From contig JBOGYW010000001.1 in the NCBI GenBank assembly GCA_050696815.1, forward strand, positions 325 to 64,324: 64,000 nucleotides of DNA, given 5' to 3'. The DNA comes from Solirubrobacterales bacterium (GTDB lineage Bacteria > Actinomycetota > Thermoleophilia > Solirubrobacterales > JACPNS01). Below the pieces are notes generated by a model. It made no database searches, was not told the origin of the DNA, and was given only the letters and a program-made list of their open reading frames with translations. Of the stretch, positions 1-9,147 are shown piece by piece (the first letter of the stretch is position 1; each line of letters starts with the position of its first letter). The position numbers were made by a program, and so were the translations under genes.

Positions 1-663
1 CAGGCCCTTGCCGCCGGTCACCGTCGGGCGCAACAGACTTGAACTGCCCTGCGACAGGGCCTTGATCGCCTGCTCGCAGGTGACGTCTGACTTCGTGGCC
101 TGCTTGCCGTATTTGATGAATAGCTTTTTGGCGTTCTCGGTTGCGAGCGCGCAGGCGGTCGCGCCGTCGCCCGTCGCGAACGCGGCGATGTACTTCAAGT
201 AGGCGTCTTTTGCGGCGGCGGGAACCGGTCCGGCGACAGTCTCCTGCGCGTCGACCTGCCACTTGCCACCCTTGCTCTTAACCAGCATCACCTTGGTCTT
301 TGCGGACTCTCCGCTGCGAATGCCCTGCTGCACGACTGTCACCTTGTCGCCCTTGGCGGTCGCGCTGAGCACCTTGACAGTCTTCTCTTCGGGGTGCTTG
401 GCGAGGTATTTGGCCGAACCTTCGACGATCGCTATGCATGAGGCCGCGGCATCGGCATCGGCTGAAATCGACTGACGCAAGAAGTTCTTGGTCGTCAGTG
501 CGCACGCGGTCTTGGCGTCGCCATCGGCGATCGCCGCCTGCCATTTCAGATACGACGCCTTGGCGTCGGCCGCCTTCTGCGACTCGCTTTCGCCGCAGCC
601 AGAGAGCGCGAACACAAGCATGGCGACGACCAGCGCCGCGACAAAACGATTCCCCCAAATCAT
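1..663 (-). CDS. Putative lipoprotein, 3'-truncated by the window edge (absent from the ORF track because it runs off position 1)
   Basis: Own translation of the minus strand from ATG at 663..661 gives MIWGNRFVAALVVAMLVFALSGCGESESQK..., a signal peptide with lipobox LSGC. The frame stays open to position 1 (221 codons). Two halves are internally similar: AKASYLKWQAAIADGDAKTACALTTKN and AKDAYLKYIAAFATGDGATACALATEN. Confidence 0.55.
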   Translation of the reverse strand, partial: MIWGNRFVAALVVAMLVFALSGCGESESQKAADAKASYLKWQAAIADGDAKTACALTTKNFLRQSISADADAAASCIAIVEGSAKYLAKHPEEKTVKVLSATAKGDKVTVVQQGIRSGESAKTKVMLVKSKGGKWQVDAQETVAGPVPAAAKDAYLKYIAAFATGDGATACALATENAKKLFIKYGKQATKSDVTCEQAIKALSQGSSSLLRPTVTGGKGL

Positions 664-675
664 CAGTGGAAAAGA

Positions 676-3051
676 CTAGCTGCCGGGCGTGACGCGGTAG
701 GCGTCGAAGACCTTGTCCACCTGGCGCACGCGTTGCACGCATGCCTTGAGCGTGCCGGCGTCGGGGACTTCCACGACGAAGCGATCGCGCACCATCGGCG
801 GATTGGTCACACAGCGAGCCTCAATGATGTTTACGCCTGCTTCGGAAAAGGCTCGAGATAGGTCCTCAAGCAGGCGGGGCCGGTCCCACGCTGATACCTC
901 AAGCTCCGCACGGAAGGAGGCACTGTTGGCTCCAGCCCACTCAACCGTTACGAAACGCTCGGGGTTCTTGCTCAGCTGAACCGCGTTCGGGCAGTCCTCA
1001 CGATGGACTGTGATTCCGCGGCCCAGCGACACATAACCCACGATCGGGTCGCCGGCCACCGGGCGACAGCACTTGGCCATGCGCACCATCACGTCGGTAG
1101 CGCCGTCGACCGTGATGCCGTAGGTGCCACTGGTCGCGACCGGCTTCGGCGTCGTCGGTTCCTTCTTGTCAGAGATTGGTGCGTCGTCGACCGCGGCCTC
1201 CCCCGCCTTCAGGCGGTTCATGACCTTCTCGATCACCATCTCCGGGCGGATTTTGCCCTGGCCGATCGCGATGTAGAACTCTTCGGATTTGCGGAAGCCG
1301 ACTTCGCGCATCACCTCGGCGAGCATCGCGCTGCCGGTGATCTTCTGTGACGGCAGGCCCTTCTTGCGCAGGCCTTCCTGCAGCAGGTCACGCCCGCGGT
1401 GCTCGGAGCCCTCGCGCTGCTCGCGCTTGAGAAACGCGCGGATCTTATTGCGGGCACGCGTCGTCTTGACCAGCGCGAGCCAGTCGCGCGATGGACCGCG
1501 CTCCTGCTTGGAAGTGAGGATCTCGACGATGTCGCCGCTCTGCAGCTTGTAGTGCAGCGGCACGATCTTGCCGTTGACCTTCGCGCCGACGCAGCGGTGA
1601 CCGACGTCGGTGTGCACCGCGTAGGCGAAGTCGAGCGGCGTCGAGCCGGACGCCAGCGATTCGACCTCGCCCTTCGGCGTGAAAACGAAGACGTCGTCGT
1701 CGAACAGGTCGATCTTCAGGTTTTTGACGAACTCATCGCTGCCGTCCGCCGCTGCGGGGTCTCCGACGAGGCGGCTAACCCAGTCGTTGTTCTCGCTCGC
1801 GAACGAGGCCGTGCGCGACTCGCCGCCGCCGTAGCCGCGGTTCTTGTACACCCAGTGGGCCGCGACGCCGTACTCGGCGATGTCGTGCATCTCCCGGGTG
1901 CGGATCTGGATCTCCAGCGGCCGGCCTTCGGGCCCAATCACCGTCGTGTGAAGAGCCTGGTACATGTTCGACTTCGGCATCGCGATGAAGTCCTTGAAAC
2001 GACCGGGCAGCGGCTTCCAGATGCTGTGCACGATGCCGACGGCGCCGTAGCAGTCCTTCACGCCGTCGACGATTACGCGCATCGCGGTCAGGTCGAAGAT
2101 CTCGTTGAACTCGCGGCCCTTCTTCGTCATCTTCACGTAGATCGAGTAGAAGTGCTTGGCGCGACCGGTGATCAGCGACGTGATGCCGCTCTCGGCGAGT
2201 TGTCCCGCGAGGTACTCGCCGGCCTCTTCCACGTAGTCCTCGCGCTCGTCGCGCTGTTGGCTGACCAGCGCCTTGATCTCGGCGTACTTGCGCGGGTGCA
2301 AGGTCGCGAACGCAAGGTCCTCGAGCTCCCACTTGATCGCGTGGATACCCAGGCGGTGTGCGAGCGGCGCAAAGATGTCGAGCGTCTCGCGCGACTTCTC
2401 GATCTGCTTCTGCTTCGGCATCGCGCCGATCGTGCGCATGTTGTGCAGCCGGTCGGCGAGCTTGATCAGGATGACCCTGATGTCGGCGGCCATCGCCACC
2501 ATCATCTTGCGGTAGTTCTCGGCCTGTGCCTCGTCGCGGCTCTTGAAGGTGATTCCGGTCAGCTTGGTGACGCCGTCGACCAGCCCGGCGATCTCCTGAC
2601 CGAAGTGGTCGCGGATCTCGGCCAGCGTGGTCGAGGTGTCCTCCACGGTGTCGTGCAAAAGCGCGGCGCACAGCGTCGCCGTGTCCAGGCGCATGCCGAC
2701 GCAGATCTTCGCGACCTCGACCGGGTGCACGACGAACTCCTCGCCGGTGCGACGCACCTGCGTGTCGTGGCGGCCGGCCGCAAAATCGAAGGCCGCGTGG
2801 ACCAGGTCGATGTCGACCGGCTCGGCGGTCTCGCCGGAGTGCTCTTCGATCACAGCGAGCAGCTCGTCGAAACGAGCGCGGGTGTTGGGTTCGACGTTGG
2901 TCGTGATCGTCGGCTTCGCCGGGACCTTGGCGCCCTTGCCGTTCAGCCCATCGACCGGGCCGCCCTCGATCGGCGCAGCGCCACGCGAGCGCGAGCCATC
3001 GTGCGCTACGGAGCGCCTGGTGTCGGTTCTTGGGCTATCTGGCGGAGCCAT
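676..3051 (-). CDS. relA: Bifunctional (p)ppGpp synthetase/hydrolase (RelA/SpoT homologue)
   Basis: 791-aa ORF. HD hydrolase motif (LLHDTVEDT), synthetase region (RVIVDGVKDCYGAVGIVHSIWKP...FKDFIAMPKSNMYQALHTTV), TGS-like region (VFVFTPKGEV...LASGSTPLDFAYAVHTDVGH) and a C-terminal ACT-like region. Real ATG at 3051; it overlaps the recJ 3' end by 46 nt. Confidence 0.95.
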   Translation of the reverse strand: MAPPDSPRTDTRRSVAHDGSRSRGAAPIEGGPVDGLNGKGAKVPAKPTITTNVEPNTRARFDELLAVIEEHSGETAEPVDIDLVHAAFDFAAGRHDTQVRRTGEEFVVHPVEVAKICVGMRLDTATLCAALLHDTVEDTSTTLAEIRDHFGQEIAGLVDGVTKLTGITFKSRDEAQAENYRKMMVAMAADIRVILIKLADRLHNMRTIGAMPKQKQIEKSRETLDIFAPLAHRLGIHAIKWELEDLAFATLHPRKYAEIKALVSQQRDEREDYVEEAGEYLAGQLAESGITSLITGRAKHFYSIYVKMTKKGREFNEIFDLTAMRVIVDGVKDCYGAVGIVHSIWKPLPGRFKDFIAMPKSNMYQALHTTVIGPEGRPLEIQIRTREMHDIAEYGVAAHWVYKNRGYGGGESRTASFASENNDWVSRLVGDPAAADGSDEFVKNLKIDLFDDDVFVFTPKGEVESLASGSTPLDFAYAVHTDVGHRCVGAKVNGKIVPLHYKLQSGDIVEILTSKQERGPSRDWLALVKTTRARNKIRAFLKREQREGSEHRGRDLLQEGLRKKGLPSQKITGSAMLAEVMREVGFRKSEEFYIAIGQGKIRPEMVIEKVMNRLKAGEAAVDDAPISDKKEPTTPKPVATSGTYGITVDGATDVMVRMAKCCRPVAGDPIVGYVSLGRGITVHREDCPNAVQLSKNPERFVTVEWAGANSASFRAELEVSAWDRPRLLEDLSRAFSEAGVNIIEARCVTNPPMVRDRFVVEVPDAGTLKACVQRVRQVDKVFDAYRVTPGS

Positions 3052-5474
3052 GTCGTCGATTCCTCTCTATACGCACTATAGGAGCGGAATGTCTCGGAAA
3101 GATCAAGCTCGGTCTTGGCGGCCGAAGCCACCTCTATTGCTTCGACAGCTTGGCCGTCGCCGATAACCCTGACAAGCGAAAGTTCGCGCAAAGTGCGTAC
3201 CGCCTGGGCGGCGATGCGAGCGGACGGCGTCACCGCCTGCAACGCGGGACCAAGCGTCTCCCAGCCGGGATCGCCGGAATCCTTGACCGCGCGGAACACT
3301 CCGACCACGTGCGGGCGGTCGAGCAGCAGGTCGGCGCCACGCCCGGCGATCACGCGCACAGTCGGCGCGTTCCAGGCCACGACCACGTGTGCGGCCTTCA
3401 CGCCGGCGAGCGCGGGCACGGGCGGCGGCTCCGCGAGCACGGCTCGCTGCCAGCTACCGGCGGCAAGCCGCTCGTCGCCGTAGCCGAACACCTGCAGCCC
3501 GGCGAGCGAGGGCACGATCTGTGCCAGCGCCCGCATCACCGGACGCCACTCAACCGGGTCGTTGACGACGACCACGGCGTCATCCGTAGCGCCGGCGAGT
3601 TCCACGATCACCGCAAGCGGCGAATCGCCGCGGCGGTCGATCGCCGTGTCGAGCTCGAGCGCCTCGGGCGCCGAAAGCGTGCCGGGGTCGATCGTCAGCT
3701 CACGGATGAACTCAAGCTCCCAGTCGACCGGGTCTGTGCCAGGTACTTCGCTGAGCGCGACAAGCTTCGCCTGCGGTTCGACGTTGCCGCGGAACTCATT
3801 GCGCGAGAGCTTGACGGCGATGTTCACGAGCGGTGCGGCATCGCCGCTCGCAACGGCCGTGGGCCAGCTGAACGCCACGACGCCCGCGCGGCCGCCGCGA
3901 CCGGCGACGCTGAGGCGAAAATGCTGGCCGCTGTCGCCCATCTTGCGCAGGTCGGCGACCCGCACCGCGGGCAGCAGCACCTGCGGATCCGGGTTCGCGG
4001 CGCCGAACGGTCCGAGCGCGGACAACGCGTCAACCGCGTCGAGTGTGAGCTGCGCCGGCTCGCCGACTGCGTCGACGCGGACGCGCGGCCGCAGGTCGTC
4101 GTGGCTGAGCGCTCCCGCCGCGTGCTGTTGCAGCCGTTCGCGGAACCTCCCGAGTTTGGACTCGTCCAGCTCGACGCCGGCCGCGGCCTTGTGGCCGCCG
4201 AAGCGCCGCAGCAGGTCGCTGCAGTCGGCCAGTCCCGCGTGCAGGTCGTAGACGCCGCCCGATCGACCAGACCCGGCCGCCACACCGTTTTCGATCGCCA
4301 GCGCCACACAGGGCCGGTGAAAGCGCTCCGCGATACGCCCGGCGATGATGCCGAGCACGCCGGGGTGCCAGCCCTCCTTGGCGACGACGATCGCAAAGCG
4401 GTCGCGCTGCTGCCGCGCCTGGGTTTCGGCCTCTTGCTGGATCGTCTGCTCGATCTCGCGTCGCCGCGCGTTCGCGCCGTTGAGATCGTGCGCGAGCTCG
4501 TCGGCGCGCTGTTCGTTGGTCGTCAGCATCAATTCAACGGCCGGCTCGGCCGAAAACATCCGCCCTGCCGCGTTGATCCGTGGGCCGAGCGCATAGCCGA
4601 GCGACCCGGAGTCGAGTTTCAGTTGATCTGCGCCGGCAACGCGTATCAAGGCTCGGAGCCCCGGCCGCAGCGTCTGGCGCAGCGCTACAAGGCCGCGTTG
4701 CACGAGCGCGCGGTTCTCGCCCTGCAGTGGCACGACGTCGCAGACGGTCGCCAGCGCGACGAGTTCGAGCTCATCGTCGATCTCCGACGGATCTCGACCC
4801 ACCTGCCCGAGCAGCACCTGGGCGAGCTTGAAGGTCGTCGCCGCAGCGCAGAGATTCGGGTGTGGGTACTCGCCCATTGCCGGGTGCACGACCGGGGCAT
4901 CCGGCAGCTCGGCGCCGATCGTATGGTGGTCGCAGATCGCCATGTCGACGCCGATCGAGCGCGCGTACTCGACCTCCTTGACCGAGCCGATGCCGCAGTC
5001 GACGGTGACGATCAGGTCTACGCCGTCGGCCGCAAGCCGGTCGATCGCAGGCACCGAAAGCCCGTAGCCATCCTCAAAGCGGCTGGGAACGTGCCAGGTC
5101 ACATTCGCGTCGAGGCGCGCGAGTACGCGCACCAGAATCGCCGTCGAACAGACTCCGTCGACGTCGTAGTCGCCGTGCACCGCGATGCGCGAGCCTGCCT
5201 CTAAGTGCCGGGCGATCGCCGCCGCGACCGCATCCGCCCCGGGAAGCAGCGAAGGATCGAGCAGCTCGCCGGGTGCGAGGAACGTGCGCGCCGCCGCTAG
5301 ATCGCCGAGGCCGCGGCGGACAAGCGTCTGCGCGGCGAAACTGTGCAGCCCGAGCTGTTCGGCCAAAAGCTCGACCGCCGCGGAATCGCAGGCGGGAAGC
5401 TCGATCAGCGGATCGTCGGGCGCGATGTCGTCGGGCAGCGAAGCGGCGGTGTTCGGCGTCGGCTCAGTCACCAA
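3006..5474 (-). CDS. recJ: Single-stranded-DNA-specific exonuclease RecJ with a long C-terminal extension
   Basis: 822-aa ORF. DHH-family motifs (IAVHGDYDVDGVCS, VTVDCGIGS, ICDHH) and DHHA1-like GGHKAAAG. About 230 extra C-terminal residues follow the OB-like region. Confidence 0.9.
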   Translation of the reverse strand: MVTEPTPNTAASLPDDIAPDDPLIELPACDSAAVELLAEQLGLHSFAAQTLVRRGLGDLAAARTFLAPGELLDPSLLPGADAVAAAIARHLEAGSRIAVHGDYDVDGVCSTAILVRVLARLDANVTWHVPSRFEDGYGLSVPAIDRLAADGVDLIVTVDCGIGSVKEVEYARSIGVDMAICDHHTIGAELPDAPVVHPAMGEYPHPNLCAAATTFKLAQVLLGQVGRDPSEIDDELELVALATVCDVVPLQGENRALVQRGLVALRQTLRPGLRALIRVAGADQLKLDSGSLGYALGPRINAAGRMFSAEPAVELMLTTNEQRADELAHDLNGANARRREIEQTIQQEAETQARQQRDRFAIVVAKEGWHPGVLGIIAGRIAERFHRPCVALAIENGVAAGSGRSGGVYDLHAGLADCSDLLRRFGGHKAAAGVELDESKLGRFRERLQQHAAGALSHDDLRPRVRVDAVGEPAQLTLDAVDALSALGPFGAANPDPQVLLPAVRVADLRKMGDSGQHFRLSVAGRGGRAGVVAFSWPTAVASGDAAPLVNIAVKLSRNEFRGNVEPQAKLVALSEVPGTDPVDWELEFIRELTIDPGTLSAPEALELDTAIDRRGDSPLAVIVELAGATDDAVVVVNDPVEWRPVMRALAQIVPSLAGLQVFGYGDERLAAGSWQRAVLAEPPPVPALAGVKAAHVVVAWNAPTVRVIAGRGADLLLDRPHVVGVFRAVKDSGDPGWETLGPALQAVTPSARIAAQAVRTLRELSLVRVIGDGQAVEAIEVASAAKTELDLSETFRSYSAYREESTTWLRQIAQEPTPGAP

Positions 5475-5502
5475 ACCAGCCTACGCCGCGCGCTTGACAG
5501 AC

Positions 5503-5769
5503 CTACGAAGAGGCTGCTTCTTTGCGCAGGCCGATGAAGTACGAGATTCCGAGGCCGATCAAAGTGCCCGGAATCGCAATAAAGGCCTGGATCAAATGCG
5601 TGTCGTCCGTGCCGGGCACGTGGAACCCATTGACGATGAAGCTGAAGATGAATGCGCCGGCGACCGCGGCGACGAACGCGCCGACGATCCCGCCCCAGAA
5701 CTTGTCCGGCAGGTAGACCGTGAAGTGCCACAGCGCAATACCCATCATCACCCATGCAAGTGCGCTCAT
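5503..5769 (-). CDS. Small integral membrane protein (three predicted TM helices; GlsB/YeaQ/YmgE-like, tentative)
   Basis: 88-aa ORF dominated by hydrophobic G/A/I/F-rich segments (WVMMGIALWHF, GGIVGAFVAAVAGAFIFSFIV, AFIAIPGTLIGLGISYFIG). It sits between secDF and recJ on the same strand. Confidence 0.55.
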   Translation of the reverse strand: MSALAWVMMGIALWHFTVYLPDKFWGGIVGAFVAAVAGAFIFSFIVNGFHVPGTDDTHLIQAFIAIPGTLIGLGISYFIGLRKEAASS

Positions 5770-5777
5770 ATCTCCCC

Positions 5778-8609
5778 CTAACGCCCGTGCTTTCTGCGGG
5801 CGCGCGCTGCGCGGCGCTCCGCCTTGGTGGTCGGTCGCGAGACGGCGCCTGTCGCCGACGTCGCCACCTCTTCCTCTTCTGCGGCCGCTTCTTCAATCTC
5901 TTCGGCGACCTCGTCGACCGACGCGTCGCCGATCGCCAGGTCCTCGTCGGTGATCGGCTGCAGCGTCGCCGAGTTGACGGCTACGCCACCGATCGTCTCG
6001 ATCGCGAACGGCGGTACGACGCCGCCGTTCTCTTCGGCGATGCGCGTGGCGCGCTGCTTGTAGATCGGCTCGCGTTCCTTCCAGTGCGTCAGCACCGGCG
6101 CGGCGATGAAGATCGATGAGTAAGTACCGGAAATCGTTCCGATCAACAGCGCGAAGGCGAAGTCCTGCAGCGTCGAGCCGCCGAAGATCAGCAGCGCGAG
6201 CACCGGCAGCGCGGTGACCAGCGAGGTCGCCAGCGAACGGGTCAGCACCTCGGACATCGAGCGGTTGACGATCTGGCTGAACGCGGCGCGCGGCATGCGC
6301 GGCAGGTTTTCACGGATGCGGTCGAACACGATGATCGTGTCGTACAGCGAGAATCCGAGAATCGTCAGCAATGCCGCGACCGTGGCACTCGTCACCTCCC
6401 GGTCGAGCAAGGCGTAGACACCCAGTGTGATCAAGATGTCGTGCGACAACGCGATCAGGACCGGGATCGAGAACTTGAAGCTGAATCGCAGCGACACATA
6501 GCCGCCGATCACGATCAGCGAGAAGATGATCGCGATGATCGCACTGCGCGCGACCACCTGACCGAAGGTCGGTCCGACGCTGTTCACTTCGAACTGCGTA
6601 TCGGCCTTCGTGGTGCCCTTGATTCCGCCGCCGGATTCGAAGCTGGAGCGCAGGATCGGCACATCGCCGGGCTCGATCTTGTCGCTGGAGATCTGGAAGG
6701 CGTAGGGACCGAGCGCCGGGTCGCCGGTGATGCGCTGGATCTTCGCGTCACTGGCGCCGGCCTTGGCCGCGATCGCGCGGACCTGCGTTTCCGTGAGCGG
6801 CTTGTCGAGGCCGACTGTGACCTTGGTACCGCCGGTGAAGTCGATGCCCAGGTTGAGGCCGATGCCGGCGACTGCAAGCGCGCCGATCACGAGGATCATT
6901 CCGGATGCCGTGAAGAACAGCTTCGAACGGCCGATGAAGTCGAAACGCCAGCGCTGCTTGTGGTGCTCTTCCTTAACGCCGAGCGCGGAAGGACGCTCCA
7001 GGCCCTTCCAACCAGAGAGCAGTCCCAGCACGGCCGACGTCACGACGACGGCCGTGAACAGCGAGACGATCGTTCCAAGACCCAGCGAGGCGGCGAATCC
7101 ACGCACACCTGCGGTCGCGAGCACGAACAGGATGAAGGCGGTGATCAGCGTTACGACGTTGGCGTCGATAATCGTGCTGAAGCCCTTTGCGTAGCCGGTA
7201 CTGATCGCCGATTGCATCGACTTCCCGGCACGGATCTCTTCCTTTATTCGTTCGAATATGACGATGTTCGCGTCGGCGGCAACCGACAGGGTCAGCACCA
7301 GACCGGCGATACCCGGCAGCGTGAAGGTGAAGCCGACGAGCTTCGTCACGGCGAAGAAGAAGATGCCGTAGATGATCAGCGCGAGGCCGGCGATCACACC
7401 AAGCGCGCGGTAGAAGACCAGCAGGAACAGGAACACGAGAGCGAAGCCGATCGCGGCGGCTACGGCGGCCTGATTGAGCGCCTGCTTACCAAGCGAGGCC
7501 GAGACCTGTGTCTGCGAGATCAGGTGCAGACTGACCGGCAGCGACCCGAGGTCGATCTTCTTCGAGACGTTCGTGGCCTCGATCTGCGAAAGGTTGGTGA
7601 TCTGCGCCCGGCCTCCGGCGATGCCCTGGCTGAGCGAGCGGTCGGTCGGGTCGATACTCGCGAGCGAAATGACCTTGCCGTCGAGCACGATCGCGAAGTG
7701 GTGCGACGCCGCCTGGCGGTCGCCGAGCACCGGCTCGTTAAAGCCCTTGTTCCAGAGATCCTTCGTGACCTGCTGGAAGATCTTGCCGCCCTTGCCGGTG
7801 AAGTTGAGGTCGATCGCGGGGGTGCCGCTCTGATCCTGGCCAGGCGTCGCGCTCTTGACCTCGTTACCGGTCATCGCGATGTTGTTCTTCAGCACGAAGT
7901 ACTGCGGTTTGCCCTGCGGACGGCCGTTGTTGCCGGTCGCCTGGTAGGTCACGACGGTGAAGCCCTTCGGCACCTCGTAGACGGCCAGACCCTCGGGGAC
8001 TTGCCCGTTGAGAGCCTTCTTGGTGACGATGTCGTTCTGATCGAGCAGGTCAGCCTTAGTCGCAGCCGGGCCGGCGTGCAGCTTCTTCGTCTTCGGATCG
8101 AACAGGTAGAAGGTCGCCTGGCCGTCGGATTTGAGGTCCGGCTTCTGGTTGGACGCCAGCTTTACGGCCTCATAGAGAGTCTTTGCACCCTGGTTGGAGG
8201 CCGACTTGGCGTCCGACACGGACTTGGTCTGGCCGGGCTGGCCGACGACGTTGTCTTCCCACTTGTAGAAGAGCAGTTTTGCGGTCGATCCCACCAAGCT
8301 CTTGGCCTGTTCGGGATCCTGCACGTCGGGCAGCGAGACGGTGATCAGCTTCTTGCCGGTCGCCTGTACCTCTGCTTCGGTGACGCCGAGCGAGTTGACT
8401 CGGTCGTTGATCACCTTGATCGCGTTCTGCAGCTCGCGGTCCGTCGGATCCTTTGTCGGATCGTTCGGCGTCGCCTGGTAGATCAGTTCGATACCACCGG
8501 CCAGGTCGAGGCCCAGGCGTGACTGCTTGAAGTTGATAACCGCAAGCGAGCCGATCAGCAGCAGGGCCACCAGACCGATGATGAGTAGGTTTCTGCGTCG
8601 TGAATTCAA
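5778..8609 (-). CDS. secDF: Protein-export membrane protein SecD/SecF fusion
   Basis: The ORF track gives 5778..8783. I place the start at the in-frame TTG at 8609 (LNSRRRNLLIIGLVALLL, a TM helix right after basic residues, preceded by AGGAA), because 8610-8783 is Arg-rich and overlaps the upstream ORF. SecD-type periplasmic domain, then two RND-like 6-TM blocks (FSTIIDANVVTLITAFILF...; SecF-like RFDFIGRSKLFFTASG...). Confidence 0.9.
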   Translation of the reverse strand: MNSRRRNLLIIGLVALLLIGSLAVINFKQSRLGLDLAGGIELIYQATPNDPTKDPTDRELQNAIKVINDRVNSLGVTEAEVQATGKKLITVSLPDVQDPEQAKSLVGSTAKLLFYKWEDNVVGQPGQTKSVSDAKSASNQGAKTLYEAVKLASNQKPDLKSDGQATFYLFDPKTKKLHAGPAATKADLLDQNDIVTKKALNGQVPEGLAVYEVPKGFTVVTYQATGNNGRPQGKPQYFVLKNNIAMTGNEVKSATPGQDQSGTPAIDLNFTGKGGKIFQQVTKDLWNKGFNEPVLGDRQAASHHFAIVLDGKVISLASIDPTDRSLSQGIAGGRAQITNLSQIEATNVSKKIDLGSLPVSLHLISQTQVSASLGKQALNQAAVAAAIGFALVFLFLLVFYRALGVIAGLALIIYGIFFFAVTKLVGFTFTLPGIAGLVLTLSVAADANIVIFERIKEEIRAGKSMQSAISTGYAKGFSTIIDANVVTLITAFILFVLATAGVRGFAASLGLGTIVSLFTAVVVTSAVLGLLSGWKGLERPSALGVKEEHHKQRWRFDFIGRSKLFFTASGMILVIGALAVAGIGLNLGIDFTGGTKVTVGLDKPLTETQVRAIAAKAGASDAKIQRITGDPALGPYAFQISSDKIEPGDVPILRSSFESGGGIKGTTKADTQFEVNSVGPTFGQVVARSAIIAIIFSLIVIGGYVSLRFSFKFSIPVLIALSHDILITLGVYALLDREVTSATVAALLTILGFSLYDTIIVFDRIRENLPRMPRAAFSQIVNRSMSEVLTRSLATSLVTALPVLALLIFGGSTLQDFAFALLIGTISGTYSSIFIAAPVLTHWKEREPIYKQRATRIAEENGGVVPPFAIETIGGVAVNSATLQPITDEDLAIGDASVDEVAEEIEEAAAEEEEVATSATGAVSRPTTKAERRAARARRKHGR

Positions 8610-8635
8610 AGCGTTTCCTGGAGGCAGACGTGCTC

Positions 8636-9094
8636 CTACGCCCCGGCAGTAGCCTCGGGCGTGAGTACGAGCAACATCCCCCCGTCGTCGTCGTAAGCGG
8701 GGAATATATCGGCAACGGCTCGCGCTTCTAGATCCCCCTCGGCACGAACGGTCACGTCGTGTCCGATTGAACGTACTCCCCACTGGAGGGTTTTGTCAAT
8801 CGGATCCGCATCCTCGTCGAATTTGAGCCCGAGAACGTCACGAACCGGACGGCCGAAAACGTCGATGTCGCTCAATCCGGTCAGCTCATACGAGCCGCGC
8901 CCGCAGCCGATGATCCGAGCCTCCTGGTCGCAGACGAAGAACGCTGCGCCGGACGCTGGGTAGTAGTCATCGAGAAGTTCGAAAACGAAGCCGTAGCCGC
9001 ATTTGTCACAGCCTCGCGGCCGAGCGGAGAAACCGGCGTTGCGGTCGCCGTGACTTGAGCGTTTGCCGCACTGCGGACAGATGAAAATTGGCAT
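8636..9094 (-). CDS. Hypothetical Zn-ribbon plus PAS-like small protein
   Basis: 152 aa. N-terminal CPQCGK...(17 aa)...CDKCG four-Cys ribbon, followed by a PAS-like core (AAFFVCDQEARIIGCGRGSYELTGLSDIDVFGRPVRDVLG). Stop codon lies 26 nt upstream of the secDF start. Confidence 0.55.
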   Translation of the reverse strand: MPIFICPQCGKRSSHGDRNAGFSARPRGCDKCGYGFVFELLDDYYPASGAAFFVCDQEARIIGCGRGSYELTGLSDIDVFGRPVRDVLGLKFDEDADPIDKTLQWGVRSIGHDVTVRAEGDLEARAVADIFPAYDDDGGMLLVLTPEATAGA

Positions 9095-9147
9095 CGTTGA
9101 TCGAGGTCAGATTAGACAAACGGCGCCGCGCCCCTGCCTGCTAAACA

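Noticed and set aside
1399-3081. 560-aa plus-strand ORF opposite relA. The same applies to 3030..5204, 6441..8522, 14653..16527, 17127..18362, 20949..22694, 24026..25777, 26873..29488, 32437..33360, 36890..38284 and 40098..41204.
   Set aside because: These are antisense shadows of strongly supported genes in a high-GC genome. They are Arg/Ala/Gly/Asp/Val-rich and low in complexity, carry no recognisable motifs, and fully overlap ORFs with clear family signatures on the other strand.
8610-8783. N-terminal 58-codon extension of secDF as given in the ORF track.
   Set aside because: The extension is Arg-rich nonsense (MGSTFNRTRRDRSCRGGSRSASRC...) and overlaps the upstream Zn-ribbon/PAS ORF. An in-frame TTG at 8609, with an AGGAA upstream, gives a typical basic-then-TM SecD N-terminus.
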